Shown: piece after piece, positions 46,033 through 55,834 of the stretch
Layout of the letters: every line of letters starts with the position of its first letter
How positions within the stretch are numbered: the stretch's first letter is position 1
IMG/VR virus record: IMGVR_UViG_3300032373_001170
Span: 15,762-79,761 of that record
Origin: a virus
Taxonomy: Duplodnaviria > Caudoviricetes
Length of the DNA: 64,000 bases
Reading direction: 5' to 3' (one strand)
The notes under the pieces: generated by a model
What the model saw: only the letters and a program-made list of their open reading frames with translations
Database searches by the model: none
What the model was told of the DNA's origin: nothing
Made by a program: the position numbers and the translations under genes

Positions 46033-46419
46033 TTGGAATCGTTTGCGCTTAATCCCGTAATGGAGACAATCAAAACCGATGAAGCCGGGAAGCCCGTTTT
46101 AAATAAAGGGTTGCCAGAAAAAGAGGAAAAAAAATTAGGAGAGTTCATATTTCGGCGTCGTACTTTACGAGATGAATTTAAGATCGGTGCTGAGTATTCT
46201 CGCCTCACCGAAGGAATCGATACTCCATCTCGTGGACTTAGTTATATATCAGAGGCCACTGCAAATATAAAAGTCCTGCTAGTCGCGGGTCCTGACGGAT
46301 GGGATCTTGAAAAGCTTGACCCGCTCGACCAAGACACCTTCACGGAAATAACTACGATTTACAAAGCCCTTCAAGAGAGGGAAATTTTTTTTCGTGGAGA
46401 GCGAAAACGCCACAGTTAA
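46033..46419 (+). CDS. tail assembly chaperone (G-like)
   Basis: Between tube and tape measure; ends at a T8 slippery run. Confidence 0.7.
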   Translation: MESFALNPVMETIKTDEAGKPVLNKGLPEKEEKKLGEFIFRRRTLRDEFKIGAEYSRLTEGIDTPSRGLSYISEATANIKVLLVAGPDGWDLEKLDPLDQDTFTEITTIYKALQEREIFFRGERKRHS

Positions 46420-46669
46420 AAAAATAGGACGCAGAAACGCTGGCACTTTTAGATTGTGGTATCGCCGTACGTACAACTTGGCGCCAACAGATGACCGTTA
46501 TTTAGACGCAACTGATCAAATTATTGAGGCTGAATACTACTCCCATTTTTTTGATGACCTCCATCAAAAAGGCAAGCTCGATGACTACGTTGAGGATGAT
46601 GCTTTCGATGAAACACTTGAATCAATAACTAACAACGAAGAGGAGTGGGAGGTTCCAGATGAGCGTTAG
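46394..46669 (+). CDS. tail assembly chaperone (T-like), probably made as a frameshift fusion
   Basis: LWYRRTYNLAPTDDRYLD; overlaps the upstream ORF in the +1 frame. Confidence 0.65.
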   Translation: MESENATVKKIGRRNAGTFRLWYRRTYNLAPTDDRYLDATDQIIEAEYYSHFFDDLHQKGKLDDYVEDDAFDETLESITNNEEEWEVPDER

Positions 46670-48770
46670 AATCCCGATTTACACCGACCCGACTCAGACT
46701 GTTGGTGCTCTTGATCGAATTTCTCAGGCGATTGAAAAAACTGGTCAAGAAGGGAAGAAATTTGCGGAAATTGATTTTTCACACCCTGAGCTACAACAAT
46801 TCGCAGAAGATGCAAAACAGCTGCAATCAAATTTTGAAGAGCTTCTTAAAGTTGGTCGCGGTGGAACAGCTGCAGCTATTAGGGCTGGAGAGTATGAGGA
46901 TGTTTTTGACTGGAATCAGGGGAACAAAAAACAATTTCCTAACGAAAATGAGCGCATCCGCCATCAGCGCGATGTAACAAATTACGTTTCTCAAGGCACT
47001 AGTTTTGAGAAAAAGTCGGAAGAAAACCAGGGTGGTGGATTTATGTCTTCACTGCCTTTGCCTGGAATGGGAGGGCTTCTCAAGTGGGCACTTGGAATTG
47101 CTGGAATAACAAAAGCTACCAGCATGATCTCAGAAGGCGTTCAGTCCGCTCAGCAAGAAGCTACCGGAATTGATACGCTCAGTCGTGCCACTAATGATCT
47201 AGCCGGTGATTTTAACTCTTTAAAAAATGATGTTCGCGCAGTCGGTAGTGGGTTGCAGCTCACGTACAACGAGTCTATTCGGTTGTCTGGTTTTTACGCT
47301 AAGGCATCTGGCCTGAAAGATCACGATAAGATAACTTCTGAATCACGAGACTCAGCTGCTTTTGCACGTAGCTTTGGGCTTAATCCAGATGCAACGGCAA
47401 AGAGCTTTGGGCAAATGCGGTGGATGGGGGCTGGCGGCGAAGATCGCAAGCAGTTTGCAGTTATGCTGGCTGATGCTATCAACTCCGGTGGTATGTGGGC
47501 AAAGGCGGATGAAGTTATCAGCTCTGTAGCGGCGTGGATCCAAGAGTCAGAGGGAGTCATGGTAAACGCGCCGAATGTTGAAGGTTATCTCGCTGCTCAA
47601 TCCGCAATGAATGCGTCAAATCAACCGGGGTTGCAAGGAGCGGCAGGCGCGACTGTCCTTTCTCGTCTCGATACTGGCGTCAGGCAGCCAGGCTTTGGGG
47701 AAGCTGGCATGAATTTCATGTGGAGAGCGCTGTCTCGGGGTGGAAACGCAGACCCATCATCCAGTGAAAATGATCTCGATCCATTTCAATTACGATACCT
47801 TTTGGAAGAGGGGGCCTGGGGAAGCAGGAGCTCGGCTTTTGGAAGCATGGATATCGGTCTCTCAGGGAGTGAGACGAATTTTGAAAAAATCATGAACGAA
47901 ATGAATCTTCGGTACGAGGGGCGAAGCCCCATGATGAAAGCGGACGCTCTCTCCAATTTGCTTGGGCTTAGTATGCATCAATCGCTTGCCTTATCGAATA
48001 TGGATCCATCTAGCTTTGGATCGTTAGGGAAGATGCTTAAAGATTCGAATGTCGATCTTAAAAGCCTGAATATGACCGGCTTGAAGGAGATGGGGAATAT
48101 CGATAAGGGTAGCCATGCAGATTTGATAGGCATGAGGGACAGCTTAATCAAGGACGACCGCTTGCGCCAGTTTGAAGTGGGCAGTCTAGAGCGTGCAGAA
48201 ACAAAAGAAGAGCTGAAGCAGGCTTTAATAAAAATCACCGCAAGACTCGGGCGAGAAGAAACGGAAGGTACAAAGTCGCTAGATGCCATGGTTCAGATGA
48301 AAGATGAATTAACGAGAGTCGGCGATAAAATGTTAGGGCCGCTCATCGCGATTCAATCGTCGGTCGGCGGCATTCTAAACGCAATGAATGATTTCATAGA
48401 TGGTCCTGATGTTGATACGGCTTCTCAATCTGCTAACACAGGTGGACGAGGGGATCACGGAGAAGGGCTGGTTAGTCGTGATATAAAACGAGCGGACAAT
48501 CTTGGCTGGGAAGTGCCTTTCCATGGGGAGGATTGGGGTGATCCTGAGCGCGGATTGGGCGGAGTGTTTCCTAGCAAGATTCCTAAGCAGGAGATCAGCC
48601 TCGTTAACACAAATAATTCCTCAGCTACGAGCAGATCCAACGATCCGGTAGCTGTTCATGTTAAGTTGGATATGGGGGATCTTAAGGTTATAGACTCAAA
48701 CGGTAAGACGCTAGGTAGAAAGAAAGGTCATGTAACATCTGTTGTCATCCCTCTTCCGGAGGAGGGTTGA
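46659..48770 (+). CDS. tape measure protein
   Basis: 703 aa, A/G-rich and helical; after the chaperones. Confidence 0.8.
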   Translation: MSVRIPIYTDPTQTVGALDRISQAIEKTGQEGKKFAEIDFSHPELQQFAEDAKQLQSNFEELLKVGRGGTAAAIRAGEYEDVFDWNQGNKKQFPNENERIRHQRDVTNYVSQGTSFEKKSEENQGGGFMSSLPLPGMGGLLKWALGIAGITKATSMISEGVQSAQQEATGIDTLSRATNDLAGDFNSLKNDVRAVGSGLQLTYNESIRLSGFYAKASGLKDHDKITSESRDSAAFARSFGLNPDATAKSFGQMRWMGAGGEDRKQFAVMLADAINSGGMWAKADEVISSVAAWIQESEGVMVNAPNVEGYLAAQSAMNASNQPGLQGAAGATVLSRLDTGVRQPGFGEAGMNFMWRALSRGGNADPSSSENDLDPFQLRYLLEEGAWGSRSSAFGSMDIGLSGSETNFEKIMNEMNLRYEGRSPMMKADALSNLLGLSMHQSLALSNMDPSSFGSLGKMLKDSNVDLKSLNMTGLKEMGNIDKGSHADLIGMRDSLIKDDRLRQFEVGSLERAETKEELKQALIKITARLGREETEGTKSLDAMVQMKDELTRVGDKMLGPLIAIQSSVGGILNAMNDFIDGPDVDTASQSANTGGRGDHGEGLVSRDIKRADNLGWEVPFHGEDWGDPERGLGGVFPSKIPKQEISLVNTNNSSATSRSNDPVAVHVKLDMGDLKVIDSNGKTLGRKKGHVTSVVIPLPEEG

Positions 48771-48771
48771 T

Positions 48772-50199
48772 ATGCCCATTAGAACTCACCATCCGGATAT
48801 ATCTGTCGTTTTAACAAAAACCATAGAGCGCAAAAACGGTGTATCACCAAGATACAAAGGATTACCTCGTAAATTAGAATTGAAACCATACATTAGTGAA
48901 ACAGGCAGTGTTGTTACACATAAATCAAAAAGAGAAAGCTCGGGTACATTTACATTAACGTTAACCGCAGAACCAGTACCTGAGGCTGGCGATTCGCTTT
49001 ATGGCTTAATCGAACCGATGGATCATATTGAGATCCGAATGGCCAGAGATAGCTATAAATATGCTGGCGGGCTGTTGCCGATAGTTATGCGAGGATTCGT
49101 CTCTAATATATCCCTCAGTGAAGGTATGAACGATGATGGTATACCTTATCGACACATTACAGTAACGGGACACGATTATGGGAAGCTGTTGGATATTTTC
49201 CAAGTGTTTTTTGAAAAAAACTACTTGCTTGGTCAGGATGTACTGACTCACTTTAAGTTGTTTCTTAATAACGGTGTTGGATACCGTCCGATGGGGGCAT
49301 CGGAATTCGTCTCAACTATTGTTGATAAGATCGTATCGCCTTCTTATGAGAAGATGAGGTCGGATAATTCGGCAGTCGAGGATATTCAAGTCAATGCCTC
49401 TGTTAAAAACGGGGTCGTTGCGCCTCATGGTGCTGCTGGTGCTGAAGGTACGCTCTGGTCACTCATGAAGCGCTTCTCAGACGTTTACTGGAATGAGCTA
49501 TTCATTGAAGATACCGAGGAAGGTGTATTCTTAACATACCGACCGATGCCGCTACGAGATTTGGATGATAACTACATTCTTGAGGGTGCGGAAGATCCAG
49601 GATCTATCTCTATTAGTAATGACGACATTGTTACCCGAGAGCTAAGCAGGGAGGATAACAAAGTTGCAAACTATTACTGGGTTTCGTCGCCTAGAAGTGA
49701 TATCCACAACACAGGCACTTTACGAATACTATCCCTCCAAGGCGGTTCTGAAAGTTACTTTCTCCAAAATTACCAAAACTCTCTGCCTGATGTTTATGGA
49801 TTACGGAAAATGGAAGTGGAAACCGATCAGGGAGACACTTCTCAGGTCACGGGAGACAAAAACATTCCTGCGGATGAGGCAAAGAAAGTCGCCGAGGCAA
49901 CTGCGCTCTGGGTTACAAAAAGGCGTGAAGACTTAATAAAGATGCATCGAGATAATGTTGTGTATGAGTCTGGAAGTTTCACTTTTAAAGGTGATGAAAG
50001 CGCAAAGGTTGGGAAGTATCTCAAAGTCGATTATGGGGCGTATCAGGCGGAACATTACATCATTTCCATTGATCACAAGTTCGAGCCTTTTCGCCAGTTT
50101 GTAACAACGGCGCAGATAGAAAGGGGTACCGGATTTCTTGAGAGAAGTCGACAAGAAGCGCCTTATCTGGATGAGCATAGAACAGGTATTTATCGATGA
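48772..50199 (+). CDS. baseplate hub protein
   Basis: GGAGGG RBS; IVMRGFV, ITVTGHDYGK, WNELFIED, Y.I.SI.H.F. Confidence 0.7.
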   Translation: MPIRTHHPDISVVLTKTIERKNGVSPRYKGLPRKLELKPYISETGSVVTHKSKRESSGTFTLTLTAEPVPEAGDSLYGLIEPMDHIEIRMARDSYKYAGGLLPIVMRGFVSNISLSEGMNDDGIPYRHITVTGHDYGKLLDIFQVFFEKNYLLGQDVLTHFKLFLNNGVGYRPMGASEFVSTIVDKIVSPSYEKMRSDNSAVEDIQVNASVKNGVVAPHGAAGAEGTLWSLMKRFSDVYWNELFIEDTEEGVFLTYRPMPLRDLDDNYILEGAEDPGSISISNDDIVTRELSREDNKVANYYWVSSPRSDIHNTGTLRILSLQGGSESYFLQNYQNSLPDVYGLRKMEVETDQGDTSQVTGDKNIPADEAKKVAEATALWVTKRREDLIKMHRDNVVYESGSFTFKGDESAKVGKYLKVDYGAYQAEHYIISIDHKFEPFRQFVTTAQIERGTGFLERSRQEAPYLDEHRTGIYR

Positions 50200-50936
50200 T
50201 GCAATTAGCAAAAGTTGTTGCCGGCAATCCTGACAGCAATACCGTGGACATTATTCTAAGCTCTACGGGGGAGCCGCACCCGGACGTTACGGTGCTAAGC
50301 CCTTCAGCGGGAACTCGTTTTGGCCATGCAGACATACCTCAGCCAGCTCCGCCTCCCTCTGGTGATAAATGGGACCTTGATTTCAATTTTGAGAATGATG
50401 TGTTAGCAGTAGTTGCATATCTTGGTAGTGAGTTGATTGTAATAGGCTTCATTTACCCTGAGGTTTCTCAAATGCTATTTAAAGAGCAGCGAGCTATTCG
50501 ACGTCATGAATCGGATCTATACGAAAGCATAGACTCTGAAGGTAATTACGAACTGTCGCATCCAAGCGGCACATATATTCGCATTGGCACTACACCGGAA
50601 CATGAAGATTTAACTGGTAAGGATGCTGACGAGAAATGGGCGATAGAAAAAAATACTGACAAGGCAGTTAATTTGCATTTAGCCGTTTTTAATGCCGGTG
50701 TCGAAAAGGCGTCAATCAATATTGATCCTGCCGGTGAGATAGCTATCACGACAACTGCAAATGTGACACTAACAGCCACTAAGGTAACAATTGACGGCGA
50801 GGCAGACATCAAAGGGAACGCTACATTAAATTCCGATGGAGCACCGCTTGGAAATATTGTTACTACGCAATCCACTTGTGCGTTCACTGGAGGCCCTCAC
50901 CCAGTAGGATCGTCAAGTTGCAAGGCGGGCGGGTAA
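50196..50936 (+). CDS. baseplate central spike (gpV/gp5-like)
   Basis: OB-fold-like N-terminus, beta-rich C-terminus, terminal C...H.H-like metal site (CAFTGGPH). Confidence 0.7.
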   Translation: MMQLAKVVAGNPDSNTVDIILSSTGEPHPDVTVLSPSAGTRFGHADIPQPAPPPSGDKWDLDFNFENDVLAVVAYLGSELIVIGFIYPEVSQMLFKEQRAIRRHESDLYESIDSEGNYELSHPSGTYIRIGTTPEHEDLTGKDADEKWAIEKNTDKAVNLHLAVFNAGVEKASINIDPAGEIAITTTANVTLTATKVTIDGEADIKGNATLNSDGAPLGNIVTTQSTCAFTGGPHPVGSSSCKAGG

Positions 50937-51373
50937 TGCCAAGCCCTGGCGTAGCAGACCTAAAGTCAGCCCTAGCAGCTGAGACTTTTTTGGTGGGAGC
51001 GGCAACGGTTAGTTTCGATGCCGATGGCGAAATGATAACAAAGTTAGCTACTGCGATTGATGCAGGATGGACAAGTTCGTATCCTTCGACACCAACAACC
51101 ATGGCTGCTGCTTTTGCAGCTGAGCTTGCTGGATACGCTTCAGGGGACGGTTTAGCATTCCTTAACTCCATCGCCTCCGCCATAGACGCCGATGTAGCAT
51201 TATGGGTTGCTAGTTACGTCGCCGTTACAGGGCTTCATTCTTATGTAGTGAACGCCACCGCAATTACTGCCGCAACTCTCTCATCCAGCCCTGTTAGTAG
51301 CCCTGGTGTAATTGCGCTGGCCACAGCTGCCGGCAATGCGTTTGCAGCAGAGTTTGTTCAGGAGGAAGGGTAG
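50936..51373 (+). CDS. Ala-rich hypothetical protein
   Basis: TAATG coupling to the spike gene; 145 aa. Confidence 0.5.
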   Translation: MPSPGVADLKSALAAETFLVGAATVSFDADGEMITKLATAIDAGWTSSYPSTPTTMAAAFAAELAGYASGDGLAFLNSIASAIDADVALWVASYVAVTGLHSYVVNATAITAATLSSSPVSSPGVIALATAAGNAFAAEFVQEEG

Positions 51374-51405
51374 AATACTACTTCCTTGATGGTTTGGGTG
51401 TGTCG

Positions 51406-51420
51406 TCGTGATCCTATCAT
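51406..51420 (+). promoter_or_regulatory. putative late promoter TCGTGA-TCC-TATCAT
   Basis: 6 nt upstream of ATG 51427. Confidence 0.7.
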
Positions 51421-51426
51421 GTGTCA

Positions 51427-52563
51427 ATGAGCATACCTGAATCACAAAAAGCAGCAGACAAACCTATCGGATTTCTTCTTTGGGATAACGGCCCAAATGT
51501 CGTCATTGCAGATATTGATCTTATTATTCGACCTGAAGATGTCAATATTCATGACCCGTCGAGGAATAAAAACTCACAAACACTCGGATCCACCTGGCTA
51601 GACTCATGGGGCAGGGGGATTATCAAAATCCGAATCTCCGGTACGACAGGATGGCGGGGTGATGGTGTAAAAGATGGTTACGCTTATTTTCAAGAAGTGA
51701 AGAAGACTGTTTATACGCTATGGCATGAGTCGCGCGAGAGTAAAATTTCAAACGGCTCTAATCCAGACGATATCCAGCTGGTTTATGTCGATCAACTCAA
51801 TAAGCTTGCTGTCGTTGTAGAACCAACTTCTTTTGATTTAAAGAGAAACAAAAAATCTCCACTAATTGCTAAGTATGAGATCGCCATGACTGTGCTTGGT
51901 AGTATTGGTGATTTTATTGATGATGAAAAAGACAGTATTGCAGAGGCAATTAATAATCCTAAGCAACGGTTTTACGATGCTCAGAGTAATTTAGCTGGCG
52001 TCTCGTCAGATCAAACAAGCATGGTGGATACCTTAAAAGCCACCGGAAGTGCTATTGCTGACACAGCAGAAGTCTTTGTCAATAAAAGCAATGAGCTGTT
52101 GGCAAAAATCGATGACTTGGCGGATTCAGCGATCAATCCTGTCGTAACGTTATCCGCAAATATTCAGCGTATCGGACACAACGCATTCCAATTGCTGGCG
52201 ACTCCATACCGATTAGCTGATCAGGTTAAAGCTGCATTGATGGAGATTTCCTCGAATTTCAACGATGCGTACTGCAGCATAGTTAACGGATTCGGCGTAC
52301 TGCAAACATTCCCTGATTTTTCCGATATGTTTGGCGCTTCCAATTGCTCATCGACGGGTGGTGGCACCCCCAAAAGCAAATATGCTGACATAAACCCATT
52401 TGAAGAATTGTACAATCTTGAGCAATCCGATATTTCTGTGTCGCCGCTAGCTAAAGATGCGATGGCGCAATTATACATTGACCCATTAACAAGTACGTTT
52501 AGTGAGAGCGAAATACTGGACCGACTTGGCATCATTGCCGAAGGCATTGTGATTAAGCAATAA
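51427..52563 (+). CDS. baseplate / tube-initiator protein
   Basis: LIIRPEDV, IRISGTTGWRG, FDLKRNK..PLI..YEI.M. Confidence 0.6.
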   Translation: MSIPESQKAADKPIGFLLWDNGPNVVIADIDLIIRPEDVNIHDPSRNKNSQTLGSTWLDSWGRGIIKIRISGTTGWRGDGVKDGYAYFQEVKKTVYTLWHESRESKISNGSNPDDIQLVYVDQLNKLAVVVEPTSFDLKRNKKSPLIAKYEIAMTVLGSIGDFIDDEKDSIAEAINNPKQRFYDAQSNLAGVSSDQTSMVDTLKATGSAIADTAEVFVNKSNELLAKIDDLADSAINPVVTLSANIQRIGHNAFQLLATPYRLADQVKAALMEISSNFNDAYCSIVNGFGVLQTFPDFSDMFGASNCSSTGGGTPKSKYADINPFEELYNLEQSDISVSPLAKDAMAQLYIDPLTSTFSESEILDRLGIIAEGIVIKQ

Positions 52564-53186
52564 TGCCAACGATAAAAACATTAACCGCATCCAGACAAAT
52601 AGAAACACGATGGGGTGATACGCTACAGAAAATCGCGCAACGCGAACTAGGTGATGCGTCTAAATGGATTGATATCGCGAATATCAACCAACTAAAGCCG
52701 CCGTATTTAACAGGCGACCCCATAGTTTCCAACGCAAATGTATTGCTATATGGCGATAGTCTAACAATCCCGTCGGGAGGCGGGGCAGCATCAGCAACGT
52801 CTGACCCTGACGAGGTTTTTGGTAAGGATGCCAAGCTAGATAAAGGCAAATTAACTGCTGCAAATGGAGATCTAGCGATAGTAAGCGGGGCAGGTAACGT
52901 ACTGCAAGCCCTATCAAATCGAGTACTGACCGAGCAAGACGAGTTGCTATACCATAGAAAATATGGATCCTCTGTTAGACGAATCATTGGTAAAAAAGGT
53001 AATAGCAGGTCTGGAGATATTGCTTCAGGATTTGTGCAGAGGGCGCTTTTGGCGGATAGCCGCGTAGCGCAAATCAAGTCATCTAATGTGGCGGTGTCTG
53101 GCGATTCAATGAAGATCACTGTTTCAGTGGAGACCACCACGGGGAAAATTATAACATTAGGAATAGTTGATGGCTTTCCAGCTTAA
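52563..53186 (+). CDS. LysM-like plus gp25/GPW-like baseplate wedge protein
   Basis: GDTLQKIAQRELGDASKWIDIA..N; ELLYHRKYGS, LLADSRV. Confidence 0.75.
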   Translation: MPTIKTLTASRQIETRWGDTLQKIAQRELGDASKWIDIANINQLKPPYLTGDPIVSNANVLLYGDSLTIPSGGGAASATSDPDEVFGKDAKLDKGKLTAANGDLAIVSGAGNVLQALSNRVLTEQDELLYHRKYGSSVRRIIGKKGNSRSGDIASGFVQRALLADSRVAQIKSSNVAVSGDSMKITVSVETTTGKIITLGIVDGFPA

Positions 53187-54282
53187 AAATTTCACATCCA
53201 TTGTCGCTTCGATGGTTAATCACGCACGAGGCGCAACCCAGCATTTGACGGATTTCAATGTAGGCTCAAGCTCGCGAACTCTACTTGAGGCTTCGGCTAT
53301 TGAAATAGAAGAGCTGTATCAGCAAATGTTTCACGGTCTTCGAGACGCCATTCCTGTCGCTGTTTATTCAGCTTTTAGTTTTGAATTGTTGCCAGCCGTC
53401 TTATCTAGTGGTGACGTAACCTTTACCGCATCTCCCGCACCAGCGACTCCAATCGTGATTGCGGCAGGAAGCATTGTAAAGATCGCTAATCAAGAAATTA
53501 GTTTTCAGACTCAATACGAGATCATCCTAACCAATGCGTCGCCTACCGACTCAGTACGTGTCGTCGCGCTAGTATCTGGCGTGTCTGGGAATGCTTCAGC
53601 AAACACGATCACTGAAATCTCTCCCAGCATCGCTACTGTAGCAGTGACTAATCAGCAGCCATTTACTACTGGACGGGAAATTGAAACCGAAGACGAGAGG
53701 AAAGCGAGGTTTGCAGACTATATACGAAATATCAGTCGAGGCCTAAAGGGGTCTATTGAATACGGAGCGCGAACTGCCGTAGTCACAGATATCAACGGTG
53801 ACGTGATTGAATACGTTAGATATTCAAAAATGTATGAACCATACTTAACCGATAACAGCCAGCCGCTTGGATATGTTAATTGCTATATTTACAACGGTGT
53901 CGGTTCTACCACGAATAGCTTAGTAGTAAGCACGCAAAATATTATCAATGGTTACGTTGATAACGGAGAGTATATTTCGGGATGGAAGGGAGCTGGGATT
54001 GTTTGCACTGTTATTGCTGTTGCCGAGCAAGCGGTCAATGTGACGGGTGTAATTACCGCTGCCGAGGGGTTTGATGCTGCTGAGCTAGCACCTTTGGTTG
54101 GCAATAAAATAAAATTGTACATTCAGGCGATTGAAATAGGTGAAACATGTTTTATTGCCGAGATTTATAAAAGCGCAATGAGTATAGGTGGTGTTAAAAA
54201 CTTTATTTTATCCGTGCCGTCAGTTGATACCACCGCGAATATAAATGAGAAGTTAACACCAGGCGTGGTGACAATAACGTGA
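53170..54282 (+). CDS. baseplate J-like protein
   Basis: TDFNVGS..RTLLEA, GVSGN, GREIETEDERKARF. Confidence 0.85.
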   Translation: MAFQLKNFTSIVASMVNHARGATQHLTDFNVGSSSRTLLEASAIEIEELYQQMFHGLRDAIPVAVYSAFSFELLPAVLSSGDVTFTASPAPATPIVIAAGSIVKIANQEISFQTQYEIILTNASPTDSVRVVALVSGVSGNASANTITEISPSIATVAVTNQQPFTTGREIETEDERKARFADYIRNISRGLKGSIEYGARTAVVTDINGDVIEYVRYSKMYEPYLTDNSQPLGYVNCYIYNGVGSTTNSLVVSTQNIINGYVDNGEYISGWKGAGIVCTVIAVAEQAVNVTGVITAAEGFDAAELAPLVGNKIKLYIQAIEIGETCFIAEIYKSAMSIGGVKNFILSVPSVDTTANINEKLTPGVVTIT

Positions 54283-55826
54283 TCAACACGATAGATAAAT
54301 TACTCGGCTATCTGCATAAGGTTTTTGATAAAGATCCAGAAAAGCAGCTTGCAATGCGCTTTTCTTATGACGGAAGTATGACATGGGCAGTATCTGACTC
54401 ATTATTAACAACAACAGTATCGGGCGGAGCCGGAAAAAACCTTGCTGTACAGCTTGATAATACGGGTTTAATTTGCAATGGAATTAATAACTATTTTTAT
54501 GTGCCAGTCGATTCGGCCCAGCCTATTTATGAAGCTTCGCTACCACTCGAAATAAATGCCGATTTCAGTATTTCTGCATATCCATTAGCAGTCAGTCCTT
54601 TTGTCAGCAAAAACTCATCTTATGAACTAGGTATGGCTACTGACGGACGTTTAGCAATCAGGATCGAAACTGACGAGGCTGGGTTATGGGTATGGCAATA
54701 CTTTTCCTTTGTTGTGCCTATCAACTCCCTCATGTCGATAAAAGTTATATTTGATGGTGTCGATATTCAGCTTTTTGTAGATGGGGTTCTGAAAGAAGCA
54801 ATCACATCAAGCCAGTCGGGATCCATGTCTCCCAATGAAAACAACATCTATTTCGGAGCTAGTGAATCCGGTGGATCTCTTGCCTACAGTATGGCCGTAA
54901 AGTTTTATGGCTTCAGTGTTACCAATAACAGCCTCACAAAACTAGCATTATCATTTGATGAGCTATTTGGGAAATACCTCATAGATATCACCGGCAGTGG
55001 GCAGGTTGGAATACTGGTAAACGGCCCAAAGTGGGAATCCATAACTCTTGCAGAAATATATGCATATATTGCATCTCAAACAGATTACACAGGATCTTTT
55101 TTGGATGCTGATTTGGCTGAGCTATCTGGCTCGGTTCTAATAGAAGATACGAAAAATCAATCATCGTTTAATGGTGATCATTTATACGCTTTCACTTCAT
55201 TGCTATGGGTTGTAGTAAACACCTTCGCATCATCATTGTTCTTGGCCAAAACGCACATTGGAAATATGCTTGAGCAGATGTCGCTCGCAACTACTGCTAA
55301 ATCTTGGGTTGATTTCTGGGGTGGTGTGTTTGGTTTTAAAAGGCTTGCCAACGAAGAAGATAATCATTTCCGAAATAGAATAATCCAAGATGTTGTGCAG
55401 GTTAAAGCAAATAATATCGCGTTAGAAAAAATATTGCTTGAAGTGACGGGATTGTCTATTCAAGTCGTGGATATAGACTGGGTTAACAATCCAGATGATA
55501 TTTTGGGTCAGCTTGGTTTAACTGCTTTAAAGCCAGGATCACCGCCGTCAGGTGGGTATCCATACTGGGGGGCACCAGTTAACGATAATCCCTTAGTGTG
55601 TACTTTTGCAGTAATCATTGGTGTTGCATCATTGTCTGATATTTCAGAGTTAGATAAAACGACAATTAAAGACCTAGTGGAAAAAAATAGAATATCTGGT
55701 ACTTATGCAAAATATTTCGGCCCGGTGGGGAATTTTTTATACACAAATACGGCTGGCGATAACACAAACGACATTGCCAAGCTGAGCGGCCCTAAGCCGG
55801 CGTCATATCAAGAAATTGTATTGTAG
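54279..55826 (+). CDS. baseplate I-like protein with an inserted LamG/ConA domain
   Basis: C-terminal TA.KSWVDFWG..F...R...E.D..FR.RII; LamG motif at about 54468-55040. Confidence 0.65.
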   Translation: MINTIDKLLGYLHKVFDKDPEKQLAMRFSYDGSMTWAVSDSLLTTTVSGGAGKNLAVQLDNTGLICNGINNYFYVPVDSAQPIYEASLPLEINADFSISAYPLAVSPFVSKNSSYELGMATDGRLAIRIETDEAGLWVWQYFSFVVPINSLMSIKVIFDGVDIQLFVDGVLKEAITSSQSGSMSPNENNIYFGASESGGSLAYSMAVKFYGFSVTNNSLTKLALSFDELFGKYLIDITGSGQVGILVNGPKWESITLAEIYAYIASQTDYTGSFLDADLAELSGSVLIEDTKNQSSFNGDHLYAFTSLLWVVVNTFASSLFLAKTHIGNMLEQMSLATTAKSWVDFWGGVFGFKRLANEEDNHFRNRIIQDVVQVKANNIALEKILLEVTGLSIQVVDIDWVNNPDDILGQLGLTALKPGSPPSGGYPYWGAPVNDNPLVCTFAVIIGVASLSDISELDKTTIKDLVEKNRISGTYAKYFGPVGNFLYTNTAGDNTNDIAKLSGPKPASYQEIVL

Positions 55827-55834
55827 AGGGTTTT

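Noticed and set aside
48476-48490. GTCGTGA near the end of the tape measure gene
   Set aside because: No TANNNT at the 3-nt spacing. The same holds for hits at about 4214, 5545, 39224, 39543 and 62403.
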